Assembly (NCBI GenBank): GCA_963841735.1
Contig: CAWJDT010000004.1
Location: 288,001 to 352,000, forward strand
Source: an uncultured Actinomycetes bacterium
GTDB taxonomy: Bacteria > Actinomycetota > Thermoleophilia > RBG-16-64-13
Direction of reading: 5' to 3'
DNA length: 64,000 bases
The translations under genes were made by a program, and so were the position numbers. This document shows, one piece after another, positions 18,662 through 29,020 of the stretch (position 1 is its first letter; each line of letters begins with the position of its first letter). A model generated the notes under the pieces. The model was not told where the DNA came from. It saw nothing but the letters and a program-made list of their open reading frames with translations, and made no database searches.

Positions 18662-19951
18662 CTAAACGTCCGAGACCGGTAGGATGTTGCCGTCGGCAGC
18701 GCTCTCCTCCTTCTCCCTGCGCCGAGCTGCGAGCTCATCCTTGTCTGAGCCACGGAACAGGAACAGGGAGATGATTATCATAACCGCCGCCACCACCCAG
18801 ATCATGCCGTACTCCCTCCCCGCATACCCGTATTTCGTGAAGTAGGGAGTCGCCACATCAATGGCCACGCCTACTATCAACGGGGCAATGATGTTAGCCA
18901 ATCCCCTCATCATCGAGAACATCCCTGTGTACTGACCGATATACCCCTTGGGCATCAACCGGATCAGGATCGCATATGGCAACGTAAGCGCTATCGATCC
19001 GCCCAGTCCGAATAGTGGTAGGCCGATAAACGCCCATTTGATGTTGGGCATGAAAGCCCCTAGCACACACCCACCTAGGTACACGTAGAGGCCGATACGC
19101 ATTATCCTGGTCCGGCCCAATCTGTCGGCCAAGTAGCCCCCCAGCAGGCCCGCGACCACGTACGTTACTCCGACGAGGCTCATAAGCAGAGGCCAAACTT
19201 GGGCGGACGCTCCAAGGGATTGCTCGAAGTACTTAAGGATGAACGGACGCAGTCCGGCCAAGGTGGATTCCCACAGGAACACCGCTATCATGAACGGCCA
19301 TATCCCCTTGTCGCGCCCCATAAGCTTGAACACTCGCACCACGTCAGTCCACACATGCTGACTTGGCGGGAGGCTGGACCGATCGGGCTCGGGCTCCTTG
19401 ATCCTTGTGACGGTCACATATGTGACCACCATGATCATGACGCCGCACAAGATGAACGGTAGGGGCCGCCACTGCGCGAACAGCGACCCGAAAACGGCTA
19501 TGGCCAAGAACATGCCTCCGCCTCGCATGAGCGCCTGATAGCCCTGTACCTTGCCATGGTTGCCGGCGGGTGTGACGTCAGGCAGAAGGGCCTGATACGG
19601 CGTCGAATAGAAGTGGTAGGCAGCGAAGAACATGAAGATCGATACTGCGATGGGTACGACTCCCGGCTGGAAGGGCGCCAGTATCAAGGCCGCCGCCATG
19701 AAAGGCCCCGCAAAGATCATGAAAGGTCTGCGACGCCCCCACCGCTTCGTCCACATGCGTTCGCTGAGAACTCCCACCCAGATGGGGATGAGTGACGAGA
19801 AGATGCCCTCCCCGCCTATAACGAAGCCGACCAGGGTATTGGAGTCCGTATATAGAAACAGGATCTGCGGAAGATATGTGGTCACCAGAGTGAGGGCTGC
19901 CGAGAACCCCAGCGTCGGAAGCGTCAGCACGAGCATCGTGCGGACGCTCAT
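18662..19951 (-). CDS. MFS transporter (GPH/SLC45-like sugar permease); start uncertain
   Basis: GVLSERMWTKRWGRRRPF, PYQALLPD, GYLADRLGR; about 12 TM segments. Confidence 0.85.
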   Translation of the reverse strand: MSVRTMLVLTLPTLGFSAALTLVTTYLPQILFLYTDSNTLVGFVIGGEGIFSSLIPIWVGVLSERMWTKRWGRRRPFMIFAGPFMAAALILAPFQPGVVPIAVSIFMFFAAYHFYSTPYQALLPDVTPAGNHGKVQGYQALMRGGGMFLAIAVFGSLFAQWRPLPFILCGVMIMVVTYVTVTRIKEPEPDRSSLPPSQHVWTDVVRVFKLMGRDKGIWPFMIAVFLWESTLAGLRPFILKYFEQSLGASAQVWPLLMSLVGVTYVVAGLLGGYLADRLGRTRIMRIGLYVYLGGCVLGAFMPNIKWAFIGLPLFGLGGSIALTLPYAILIRLMPKGYIGQYTGMFSMMRGLANIIAPLIVGVAIDVATPYFTKYGYAGREYGMIWVVAAVMIIISLFLFRGSDKDELAARRREKEESAADGNILPVSDV

Positions 19952-20076
19952 CTTCTCGCCGCTAGTCACTCCAGCACATCCCCGGGTACCCTCCCACTGT
20001 GAATCGTCCTCGAGTGCGCCCGGGGACCAGGGCGATTCTACCAAGGCGCGTCACACATAGAAATGCCGAGGTCCAG

Positions 20077-20117
20077 AAAAGCGGAGCGGCAGCGGCCTAC
20101 GGGCCGCTGCCGCTCCG
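20077..20117 (-). terminator. Intrinsic terminator downstream of sodB
   Basis: Perfect 16-bp stem CGGAGCGGCAGCGGCC-tacg-GGCCGCTGCCGCTCCG followed by TTTT on the minus strand. Confidence 0.75.
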
Positions 20118-20167
20118 GCGCGTGACTCTCTGGGGCGACGGCCGCGGTGGCCGCCCCCCTCAGTCTC

Positions 20168-20755
20168 CTATTTCGCCGCCTGATAGTTGCCGGCTACAAA
20201 ATCCCAGTCGACCAGATTCTGAAGCAACGCCTCCACGTATTTCTGGCGCGCATTCCGGTAGTCGATGTAGTAGGCGTGCTCCCATACGTCTACTGTCAGC
20301 AGCGCGGTCTGACCGTGCTTCAAAGGTAGGTCGGCGTTGGCGGTCTTCACGATCTGCAGAATGTCTCCCTCCTTCACAAGCCATGCCCATCCCGATCCGA
20401 ACTGGGTGAGGGCCGCCTGGCCAAGCTCCTTGGCGAAGCCGTCGTATGACCCAAAAGCAGCGTCAATGGCCACGGCTAGGCCACCTGCCGGCCTGCCGCC
20501 CCCACCTGGCTTCATGCACTTCCAGTAGAAGCTGTGATTCCACACCTGAGCCGCGTTGTTGAATAGGCCCCCGTCGGCGGTCATGATGACCTCCTCAAGG
20601 CTGGCGTTGTCCAGGCCGGCGTCGGCGGTCAGGTTGTTGAGGTTGGCGACATATGCGGCGTGATGCTTGCTGTAGTGGTACTCAAGAGTCTCCTCGGACA
20701 GATACGGCGCCAAAGCACCCTTGTCATAAGGAAGATCAGGTAGTGTGAACGGCAT
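20168..20755 (-). CDS. sodB: Superoxide dismutase, Fe-type signature
   Basis: HYSKHH, FNNAAQVWNHSFYW, FGSGWAWL, DVWEHAYY; SD GAGGAGG. Confidence 0.93.
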   Translation of the reverse strand: MPFTLPDLPYDKGALAPYLSEETLEYHYSKHHAAYVANLNNLTADAGLDNASLEEVIMTADGGLFNNAAQVWNHSFYWKCMKPGGGGRPAGGLAVAIDAAFGSYDGFAKELGQAALTQFGSGWAWLVKEGDILQIVKTANADLPLKHGQTALLTVDVWEHAYYIDYRNARQKYVEALLQNLVDWDFVAGNYQAAK

Positions 20756-20836
20756 CTTATCGGCCTCCTCGCATCTCACTTGCTTGTGACAGGCTCCTAC
20801 CCCGGGGCGCCGCCGGTCCAAACCTCTCGCTCCGCC

Positions 20837-22171
20837 TCAGCTGCCCAGCCCGTGCTGCCAAGCGAACGAATCGATAAGCCCAGACAGACGCGGTTCCGCA
20901 CGCTCGGCCAACTCGTACGCAATCTGAACAAGTGGCTTGTTGATGCTCAGCAACGAGCCAAGCGAAAACGGCGTGGCGCTGACCACTACGTCCGCAGGAA
21001 CAGCATTGATCGTTTCTTCAAGATCGCGTAGCTGCTCCTCGTAGTAACCCACGGCCGGCAATATGGGTCCCAAGTGAGGGTAGGCAGCGTAGGTCGCTTC
21101 TAGGACCCCCTTGGCGTAGGGCCGCGGATCGATAACGGCCGCCGCCCTAAACTCCCGAGCCGCCTCCGCTCCAGCCCCAGTCGGCATACCCCCATGCGTC
21201 AGCGTGGGACCGTCCTCGACCACAAGGACCTTCTTCCCCTTGATCATCCCGCTGTCAGAGGCGGTGATGAGCGTGTCGGTCATCACCACCACCGCATCAG
21301 GGTTGATCTCCCTGATGTTGGCGATCACCCTGTCGATGCTGAGCTGAGGTGCGCTGTTGACCTTGCTGACCACGGCGATGTCGGCGCAGCGCAGGTTCAT
21401 CTCCCCCGGATGATAGGTGAGTTCATGTCCAGGCCGGAAAGGATCCACCACAACTATTGTCAGATCCGACCTCAAAAACGAGAAGTCGTTGTTGCCTCCG
21501 TCCCAGATGATGATGGGAGCTTCCTTCTGTGCCTCCGCGACGACAGCCTGGTAGTCCACACCAGCCCACACCACCAACCCCTTGCGTATGTGGGGCTCGT
21601 AGTCTTCCCGCTCCTCCACAGTGGCCTTCGCCCGGTCAAGGTCATCAAGCGCCGCGAACCGCTGGACTCGCTGAGCAACCAGGTCCCCATACGGCATGGG
21701 GTGACGGATCACGGCAGGGCGGATGCCCTTCTCCATAAGGCGCCCCGCCACGAAACGCGAGGTCGGGCTCTTGCCGGCTCCGGTGCGAGTGGCCAGCACA
21801 GAGATCACCGGCACAGAGCAGGACACAGCTGTGCTGTTGATGCCCAACAACGAGAAATCCGCCCCCGCAGCCAGCACTCGTGAGGCCTGATGCATGACGA
21901 ACTCGTGGGAGACGTCGCTGTAGGCAAACACTACTTCGTCGATAGCCTGCTCCCCAACAAGCGAGTCAAGGGTCGCCTCCGGCACTATTGCGATGCCGTC
22001 GGGATAGAGCGAGCCCGCCAGTTCAGGGGGATACCGACGCCTGTCGATTCGAGGGATCTGCGCGGCGGTGAAGGCCACCACCTCCACCCGCGGATCATCG
22101 CGGAAGACCACATTGAAGTTGTGGAAGTCGCGCCCCGCGGCCCCCATGATGACCACCCGCTTCCGCTTCAC
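20837..22171 (-). CDS. COG2403 P-loop ligase (cyclic 2,3-diphosphoglycerate synthase-like / arginine synthetase ArcE-like)
   Basis: GAAGRDFHNFN, RTGAGKS P-loop, RHPMPYG, EERED YE, WDGGNND, VEDGPTLTHGGM. Confidence 0.8.
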   Translation of the reverse strand: MKRKRVVIMGAAGRDFHNFNVVFRDDPRVEVVAFTAAQIPRIDRRRYPPELAGSLYPDGIAIVPEATLDSLVGEQAIDEVVFAYSDVSHEFVMHQASRVLAAGADFSLLGINSTAVSCSVPVISVLATRTGAGKSPTSRFVAGRLMEKGIRPAVIRHPMPYGDLVAQRVQRFAALDDLDRAKATVEEREDYEPHIRKGLVVWAGVDYQAVVAEAQKEAPIIIWDGGNNDFSFLRSDLTIVVVDPFRPGHELTYHPGEMNLRCADIAVVSKVNSAPQLSIDRVIANIREINPDAVVVMTDTLITASDSGMIKGKKVLVVEDGPTLTHGGMPTGAGAEAAREFRAAAVIDPRPYAKGVLEATYAAYPHLGPILPAVGYYEEQLRDLEETINAVPADVVVSATPFSLGSLLSINKPLVQIAYELAERAEPRLSGLIDSFAWQHGLGS

Positions 22172-22276
22172 GACGGTCCTCCTGCTCGCGTCCGCTTCCT
22201 GGTCGCTCTTCCTTCGTGCGCCTCGTCAAGCGGCGCAGATATGGCGGGGGCTCCTTCCATAGGAAGGAGCCCCCGC

Positions 22277-22795
22277 GGTAGCAGCCCTATAAGCCGGATT
22301 CTGTCCCAAGGCTGCTGGAAACTGAAGCCCCGGCCCTCAGATCGCGCTGGGCGGCAGGATAACACGTCCTCAGTCGCGCCAATAGCGCTGCTATTGGCGC
22401 TCCCTGCGTCCTTCTCTCCCGCTTGCCCATCACACTCTGACCGCGAAGCGTCACTTCCCAGCAGCCTCTTGGATAGCCATCTATCTCGGCCGCCCGTTGC
22501 CGGACGGCTCATGCGGCCAACCCGAAGGCTTCGGGCGAGCAGCCCTCAAACGCCTCCCTATTCGGCCTTGCACCGGGTGGGGCTTGCCTGGCCGCCGTGT
22601 CACCACGGCGCCGGTGCGCTCTTACCGCACCATTTCACCTTCGCAGCCGGACCTGCCGGCTTGCTGTGTAATTTCTGTGGCGCTTTCCCTGGGGTTTCCC
22701 CCGCTGGACGTTATCCAGCACCCTGCTCTATGGTGTCCGGACTTTCCTCGAAGACCCACGCTAGGTGAGTCCCCGCGACTACCCGGGCTGCTTCC
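22277..22795 (-). ncRNA. rnpB: RNase P RNA, bacterial type A, unusually long (~520 nt)
   Basis: Minus strand has GAGGAAAGTCCGG, AGCGCCACAGAAA, GGTAAGAGCGCACC, AGATAGATGGCT and ACAGAATCCGGCTTATA; P1 GGAAGCAGCCC/GGGCTGCTACC; TATACT -10 immediately upstream. Confidence 0.96.
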
Positions 22796-22809
22796 GGAGT
22801 ATAGCGCTT

Positions 22810-23847
22810 CTATAGGTCGTCACCATCCAAGAACTGTTTCGCAAGAGCGGTGCGCTCCGGGATAGGAAACGCCTTTGCAAAATGACAGGCTGCCTGGTGC
22901 CCGTTACCCACCAGGCTGAGTCCCGGCTCCTGCTCCTCGCATATGGGGAACTGAGCGATGGGGCAGCGGGTGTGGAACCGGCAGCCTTTGGGAGGATCGA
23001 TGGGGCTCGGTAGGTCACCGAGCAAGACGATGCGATCCCGCGCCCGCTGTCTCTCGGGGTCAGGGACGGGAGCCGCCGACAAGAGCGACTGCGTATAGGG
23101 ATGGTTGGGGCTGTCGTAGACCTCCTTCCACCCCCCCAGCTCAACGATCTTTCCCAGATACATCACGGCAACACGATCACAGATGTGCCGGACCACCGCC
23201 AAATCGTGTGCAATGAACAGATAGGTCAAGCCGAACTGGTTCCGGAGACTCTCAAGCAGGTTGAGAATCTGCGCCTGGACCGAAACGTCCAGGGCCGAAA
23301 CCGGCTCGTCACACACGATCATCTTGGGCCTGAGCATCAAGGCCCGAGCGATGCCCACCCGCTGCCGCTGCCCACCGGAGAACTCGTGGGGATACCTGTG
23401 GATATGCTCGGGGTTGAGCCCTACCACCTCCAACATCTCCAGACAGCGAGCGTCGCGCTCTCTTCTGGTCCCGATCCCATGTATCACCAGCGGTTCCGCC
23501 ATGATCTCACCGAAGGTCATGCGAGGATTCAATGAGGCATACGGATCCTGGAAGATGAACTGCACTTCCCGCCTGTAGGCCTTCAGCCTCTTGCCCCGCA
23601 GCTTGCGCACGTCGGTTTCCTCATAACGAATGCTGCCCGCCGTGGGCTCCAGAAGCCTGTTGACACACCTCCCGGTAGTCGACTTACCGCAACCGGATTC
23701 TCCTACCAAGCCTAAGGTCTCCCCCTCCTCTACCGAGAGCGACACGTCATCCACGGCTTTTACCGTCTTGCCCAAATGGGATAGAAGCACTCCTTCCCTT
23801 ACCGGGAAGTACTTCTTCAGCTCTTCAATTCGCAGAAGCGTCGCCAT
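22810..23847 (-). CDS. oppF: Oligo/dipeptide ABC transporter ATPase
   Basis: [29 protein letters not shown], oligo_HPY C-terminus. Confidence 0.9.
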   Translation of the reverse strand: MATLLRIEELKKYFPVREGVLLSHLGKTVKAVDDVSLSVEEGETLGLVGESGCGKSTTGRCVNRLLEPTAGSIRYEETDVRKLRGKRLKAYRREVQFIFQDPYASLNPRMTFGEIMAEPLVIHGIGTRRERDARCLEMLEVVGLNPEHIHRYPHEFSGGQRQRVGIARALMLRPKMIVCDEPVSALDVSVQAQILNLLESLRNQFGLTYLFIAHDLAVVRHICDRVAVMYLGKIVELGGWKEVYDSPNHPYTQSLLSAAPVPDPERQRARDRIVLLGDLPSPIDPPKGCRFHTRCPIAQFPICEEQEPGLSLVGNGHQAACHFAKAFPIPERTALAKQFLDGDDL

Positions 23848-24885
23848 CTACTCGCCCATCCCGGAGTCAGCGCTCTCGAGGCGCACGCGGTTATCGAACT
23901 GACGCACGAAATCGACATCTCGCGCAAACAGACAAGAGGAGTAGTGTCCTCGGTCGATCTCTACCACCCCAGTCTCTGTGGTCTCACACTCCGGCTTCGC
24001 AAACGAGCACCGAGGATGGAAAGCGCACCCTGGCGGTAGATGTATCAAGCTGGGAGGCTGGCCCTTGATGGGATGCAGGAGCCCCTTGTCCTCCACGTCA
24101 TGCCGCGGCAGGCTGTCCAGCAGACCCCAGGTGTACGGATGCCGCGGGTTGTAGAAGACCTCGTCCGCCGGCCCGTACTCAACGGCCTTCCCTGCGTACA
24201 TGACCAGGATCTGGTCGGCCATATCGGCCACCACCCCAAGATCGTGGGTAACAAGAATGATGGCCAATCCACTCTCCCGTTGGATCTCCTGCATGAGTTC
24301 GATGATCTGGGCCTGGATGGTCACGTCCAATGCCGTGGTGGGCTCGTCGGCTATTAGGATGTCTGGTCCGCAGGCCAACGCCATCGCTATCATGACCCGC
24401 TGGCGCATACCACCTGAGAACTCATGGGGATAGTCGCGAGCGCGCTGCTCCGCCTGCGGTATGCCGACACTCCGGAGTAACTTCACCGCTGCCGCCCAGG
24501 CCTCCTTGCGCGTCATGTCTCTGTGCAGACGCAGCGGCTCCGCCACCTGCTTTCCAATGCGCTGCACCGGATTCAGCGACGTCATAGAATCCTGAAAGAC
24601 CATCGCGATCCGGTCACCACGTAGCTTGCTCTGGGCCTTCACGCTCGCTGCGAGGATGCTCTGCCCCTTGAAACGAATATCCCCGCTTACCACCTTGCCC
24701 GGCGGTTCGGGGACAAGGCGCATGATAGACAGCGCGGTCACCGACTTACCCGATCCCGACTCTCCGACCACCCCAAGCGTCCGCCCGGCCTCAAGGGTAA
24801 AGCTGAGGCCATCGACGGCCTTGACGACCCCATCCCTGGTCAAGAAGTGCATGCTCAGGTTGTCGACTTCAAGAAGAGGGTGCAC
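23848..24885 (-). CDS. oppD: Oligo/dipeptide ABC transporter ATPase
   Basis: [29 protein letters not shown]. Confidence 0.9.
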   Translation of the reverse strand: MHPLLEVDNLSMHFLTRDGVVKAVDGLSFTLEAGRTLGVVGESGSGKSVTALSIMRLVPEPPGKVVSGDIRFKGQSILAASVKAQSKLRGDRIAMVFQDSMTSLNPVQRIGKQVAEPLRLHRDMTRKEAWAAAVKLLRSVGIPQAEQRARDYPHEFSGGMRQRVMIAMALACGPDILIADEPTTALDVTIQAQIIELMQEIQRESGLAIILVTHDLGVVADMADQILVMYAGKAVEYGPADEVFYNPRHPYTWGLLDSLPRHDVEDKGLLHPIKGQPPSLIHLPPGCAFHPRCSFAKPECETTETGVVEIDRGHYSSCLFARDVDFVRQFDNRVRLESADSGMGE

Positions 24886-24891
24886 TGCTCG

Positions 24892-25812
24892 CTACTCCTT
24901 CATCTTCACATCGAGAGCGTCGCGCAGTCCATCACCTAGCAGCACAAAGCCCAACACAGTGGTGAGGATCGCTATACCCGGATAGATCATCAGCCAGGGG
25001 TACGACAGCATCGACGACCGAGCCTCAGAAAGCATTAGGCCCCACGAAGGCTCTGGCGGCTGCACCCCTATCCCCAAGAAGCTTAGGGCCGCCTCGGCAA
25101 GTATGGCTCCTCCGACGCTCATCGTCCCATAGACGATGATCGGAGCCACCGAATTGGGCATGATGTGACGCACCAGTATCCGCCAGGTTGAAGCGCCTAG
25201 AGAGCGCGCGGCATCCACGTACTCGTTCTCTTTCACGGAAAGGATCGAACTGCGAAAGACCCTCGCGATGCTTGGCCACCCGAGTATCCCGATAGCAATG
25301 ACCACATTCCAGAAGCTCTTCCCCAAAAGAGCCACCAAGATCACTGCGAGCAATAGATACGGGAAGGCAAAGAAGACGTCCGCGGTCCTCATGATGATGG
25401 CGTCCCATATCCCACCGTAGTAGGCGGCAAGTGCTCCCGCAATAAGCCCGATGAACACCATGATGCCCACCGCAACCACACCGACTATCAAGGACTTCTG
25501 GGCACCGTAGACAACCCGGGAGGCTACGTCGCGCCCCAGCTTGTCGGTGCCGAAGGGGTGCTCCCACGACGGCGACAGCAACCTCAATTCGACCACCGTC
25601 TCGGAGTCGACCTTGATGGGGTCACCCAATACCCGCGGCGCCCATAAATCGGCGGTAACGGCCACAAGGATGACAATGACGATCCATACCAACCCTATGA
25701 GGGCCAACTTGTTCTTCCTCAGGCGACGGAAGGCATCGCCGCGCAGGGTACGGCCCTTCACGGACCCGCTCGATCGCGGTCTCCTCCACCATCTCTTGCC
25801 CATGCCGGCCAT
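24892..25812 (-). CDS. oppC: Oligo/dipeptide ABC transporter permease
   Basis: HPFGTDKLGRD, EYVDAARSLGAS, EAALSFLGIG. Confidence 0.9.
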   Translation of the reverse strand: MAGMGKRWWRRPRSSGSVKGRTLRGDAFRRLRKNKLALIGLVWIVIVILVAVTADLWAPRVLGDPIKVDSETVVELRLLSPSWEHPFGTDKLGRDVASRVVYGAQKSLIVGVVAVGIMVFIGLIAGALAAYYGGIWDAIIMRTADVFFAFPYLLLAVILVALLGKSFWNVVIAIGILGWPSIARVFRSSILSVKENEYVDAARSLGASTWRILVRHIMPNSVAPIIVYGTMSVGGAILAEAALSFLGIGVQPPEPSWGLMLSEARSSMLSYPWLMIYPGIAILTTVLGFVLLGDGLRDALDVKMKE

Positions 25813-26783
25813 CAAGCCGCCCGGCGCCCATAGCGGATGCGCGGATCGAGAAACGCGTAGCTAGCGTCGACTATGAGGTTGATCACCATCACCAGGAATA
25901 CGATAACGATCACCCCGCCCATCACTATGGGCCAATCTCTGGCGCCGATCGCCAAGAATAGCTCGTACCCCACACCTGGCCACTGGAACACCGTCTCTGT
26001 AAGAACCGTGCCTCCCACCATGGCGCCAAGGTCAATACCCAGAAATGTGATCACCGGAATCAAGGCGTTCTTCATGCCGTGTCTCCAGATGACTTGGCTG
26101 TTAGACAGCCCCTTCGCAGCAGCCGTACGCATGTAGTCCTGCCCCATGACCTCCAACAGTTGACTGCGCATGATCCGGGCCGCATATGCCGTGGACACGG
26201 CGGCTAGGGTAACGGCCGGAAGGATGATGTGTGCGATGGCGGGAAACTCAGACGACGTCATGCGAGAAATCGGCAGATATGGCAGCCCCCACTGTTTGAA
26301 TTTGAGGCCAAATAGTATCTGCAAGAGCATCCCGAACCAGAACACGGGCAGCGACACAAGGACTGACGTGCTGAACGTCACGAGGACATCCCAGAACGAA
26401 TAGCGCCCAACAGCGGATATCACCCCAGCGAAGATGCCAAACAGCATCTCGATAAGAACAGCCGCCGCTGCCAACTTCAGCGTGTTTGGAAACTTTTCAA
26501 TAAGGATATTCGTAACCGGGCGGTTCTTCTGGAAGGACGTACCGAGATCACCGTGGAAGAGATCCCGCATGTATAGGCCGTATTGCACGTAACCCGGCTT
26601 GTCCAACCCATGATCTTCTACTATCTGGTTGTACAGCGTTTCGCTGATGGCCTTTTCGCCCGTGATCATCCTCACTGGGTCCCCACCCAACAGGCCCGGC
26701 GTTCGGAGGATGAACAGCATGATGGTGACCCCGATGAAGACCGGGATCATCTGGAGGAGGCGGCGAACGATGTAGCCAATCAC
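25812..26783 (-). CDS. oppB: Oligo/dipeptide ABC transporter permease; start uncertain
   Basis: YIVRRLL, GDLGTS, DYMRTAAAKGL, ETVFQWPG. Confidence 0.9.
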   Translation of the reverse strand: MIGYIVRRLLQMIPVFIGVTIMLFILRTPGLLGGDPVRMITGEKAISETLYNQIVEDHGLDKPGYVQYGLYMRDLFHGDLGTSFQKNRPVTNILIEKFPNTLKLAAAAVLIEMLFGIFAGVISAVGRYSFWDVLVTFSTSVLVSLPVFWFGMLLQILFGLKFKQWGLPYLPISRMTSSEFPAIAHIILPAVTLAAVSTAYAARIMRSQLLEVMGQDYMRTAAAKGLSNSQVIWRHGMKNALIPVITFLGIDLGAMVGGTVLTETVFQWPGVGYELFLAIGARDWPIVMGGVIVIVFLVMVINLIVDASYAFLDPRIRYGRRAA

Positions 26784-26889
26784 GTCGACCACCGCAATGC
26801 TGCCCCCGACATAAGTGTTGCCGCGGGACACCCCACGGTGCTTCCTGTCGCGACCAACCTAGGCGACGCAGCGCGCACTGACTACCGGG

Positions 26890-28554
26890 CTACTCTTGAA
26901 CGATCCACGCTTTGTCGAGATTGTAGAGGGTCTGCGGGCTATAGACGAGACCGCGAACCCTATCAGAACCAACAGCGCGGTGGCCGTAGGTAACGACAGG
27001 GATTACCGGAGAAGCTTCACCCACGATCCTGTCAATCGCCTGATAGGCCGCGATGCGCTCCTCTGTGTCGGCTATCGAGCGAGCCGCCACAAGAGCCTCG
27101 TCTACGGCCGGGTCGACCCAGAAGGCATTGTTGTCCGCGCTGCTGGAGAGAAACAACGGATATAGGAAGTTGTCCATGATCGGGTAGTCCACTCCCCAGC
27201 CTAGACGTGCAACCTGATAGTTCGCAGCATCCATCGTATCCAGGTATTGAGCCAACTCCTCGGAGTCAAGCTTGGTGTTGACTCCGATTGCCTCCCAATC
27301 GGACTTGATCAACGCCATTACATCTTCGTGACCGGTACCGCTGTTGAAAGTAAGAGCGATCTCGGGGAGGCCTTCTCCGTTGGGATAGCCGGCCTCTACC
27401 AGTTTGGCCTTGGCGGCCTCCCTGTCGAATTTGCAGTATGGCCACTCGTTGGGCACGTAGCCGGAGATCCCCGGAGGAATCAAACCCGTGGCCGCCTGGC
27501 GTGTACCTTCGAATACGGACATGGCTATGGCATCGCGATTGATGGCCAAAGATAACGCCTGCCGCAAGGCAACATTACCCAGCACCTTATCGGTGCACTT
27601 GATGGACATAAAGTAGGTGGAGACCTCGGGGCCCCATAGGAATTGCCTGCCCGGGGCCACCTCCAGACCGTCGCTGCTCTTTCCATACTCCGCTTCGGCA
27701 ACCGCTATCTGGGCGCTCGGCACAATGCACATGTCAAGGTTGCCCGCCAGGAACTCCAAGTAGGCAGTATCTTCATCCTGAAAGATCATGAAGTCCACGC
27801 CGTCAGCGTGGGCCTTACCCCCATAGTAGTCGTCAAAGCGCACCACCTTGATGTACTGGTCATGCGCCCACGGCTCGGCCATTTTGAACGGGCCGTTGCC
27901 AATGGGCATTTCCGAGAACCCTTGGGGATCTGCCTCCACCGCGGCCTTCGGAACAGGACCCAGCCCCGGATGGCCAACAACGTACTCGAAGTCACCAAAC
28001 CCATACGAGAGAGTGACCTCAAGGGTAGTCTCATCGACAGCCTTCACACCTTCAAGCTCGGTGACGGTGCCGTCCTGCATAGCGTCGTAGCCCTTCACGG
28101 CCGCAAGGTGATACGAGATCTCGGACAGATTGGCTGGGTTGCACATACGTTCCCACGCGTATTTGAAGTCCGCGGCAGTTACCGTGCTGCCGTCGTGGAA
28201 CTTCGTGCCTTCGCGCAAATGGAAGGTCCAAACCGTAGCATCCTCGTTAGCCGACCACGATTCCGCCACCGAAGCCAGCAGGGCGCCGGTCTTCACATCG
28301 AACGTGACAAGACTATCGAAGAGACAGTCACCAACCTGGACCCCCAATTCCTCCTGCAAGTTCAAGGGGTCGATGAAGGCAGGGTCGGAGGCGAGAGCCA
28401 CCCTGAACGTCCCACCGTCGTCGGCCTCCTCGCCGCCGCCGATCGCGCTACCAGAGCCGCTCGTACCGCCGTCGCCACAGGCGGCCAAGGCCCATACTGC
28501 CGCGCCGAGAACAACCACCAGAGTCAGTGCATGCCAAAGTCGCTTCTCGACCAC
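26890..28554 (-). CDS. oppA: Peptide ABC transporter substrate-binding lipoprotein (family 5)
   Basis: Lipobox LAAC, AESWS, WTFHLREGTKFHDG, GNGPF; GTG with GGAGG SD. Confidence 0.9.
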   Translation of the reverse strand: MVEKRLWHALTLVVVLGAAVWALAACGDGGTSGSGSAIGGGEEADDGGTFRVALASDPAFIDPLNLQEELGVQVGDCLFDSLVTFDVKTGALLASVAESWSANEDATVWTFHLREGTKFHDGSTVTAADFKYAWERMCNPANLSEISYHLAAVKGYDAMQDGTVTELEGVKAVDETTLEVTLSYGFGDFEYVVGHPGLGPVPKAAVEADPQGFSEMPIGNGPFKMAEPWAHDQYIKVVRFDDYYGGKAHADGVDFMIFQDEDTAYLEFLAGNLDMCIVPSAQIAVAEAEYGKSSDGLEVAPGRQFLWGPEVSTYFMSIKCTDKVLGNVALRQALSLAINRDAIAMSVFEGTRQAATGLIPPGISGYVPNEWPYCKFDREAAKAKLVEAGYPNGEGLPEIALTFNSGTGHEDVMALIKSDWEAIGVNTKLDSEELAQYLDTMDAANYQVARLGWGVDYPIMDNFLYPLFLSSSADNNAFWVDPAVDEALVAARSIADTEERIAAYQAIDRIVGEASPVIPVVTYGHRAVGSDRVRGLVYSPQTLYNLDKAWIVQE

Positions 28555-28665
28555 CAGATTACTCCCCTCCATCGTTAGCGTGAACCTCAGGCCAACCCAT
28601 CGCACCGTCGCTCCGGACGCTCGGCTTTCCCGCTATCCTGGTCCACGTGCCAGCCTACTCTAAAG

Positions 28666-28899
28666 TCAGCCCTGCATGAGGTAGGCCAGAGCTATCGAAA
28701 CCGCGATGAAGGCCACCGAGCATGCTACTGTCAAACGGTCGAGGTTCTTCTGCACCACACCGCCGCCGCTGGCGCCGCCGCTTCCACCGAACATGGAAGA
28801 GAGTCCGGCATCTTTACCCGAATGAAGAAACACCAACACCACCACGGCCACGCCGATGATGATATCCAGTGCAACCAGGACGTACTTGATCGCGTTCAA
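28666..28899 (-). CDS. secG: Preprotein translocase subunit SecG
   Basis: Two TM helices, LHSGKDAGLSSMFGG, KNLDRLT; typical position after the glycolytic operon. Confidence 0.9.
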   Translation of the reverse strand: MNAIKYVLVALDIIIGVAVVVLVFLHSGKDAGLSSMFGGSGGASGGGVVQKNLDRLTVACSVAFIAVSIALAYLMQG

Positions 28900-29020
28900 C
28901 CGACACAACCTCTCCACATCGTAATTTTGTCTACGCTAGGTACCCATTTTCCACATACTACCCCGTAAACTGAGGGTAAGGTACCACCGAGCCGCCGCTT
29001 TGTGTACACACTATTCTCAT

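Noticed and set aside
22306-22472. P19 insert as an embedded 6S RNA or self-splicing intron
   Set aside because: The bubble is near the apex and small rather than central; no group I/II intron motifs are visible and it is too short.
22168-22768. ORFs overlapping rnpB (22168..22512 -, 21890..22768 +, 22497..22865 +)
   Set aside because: They overlap a clear RNase P RNA and have no protein-like motifs.
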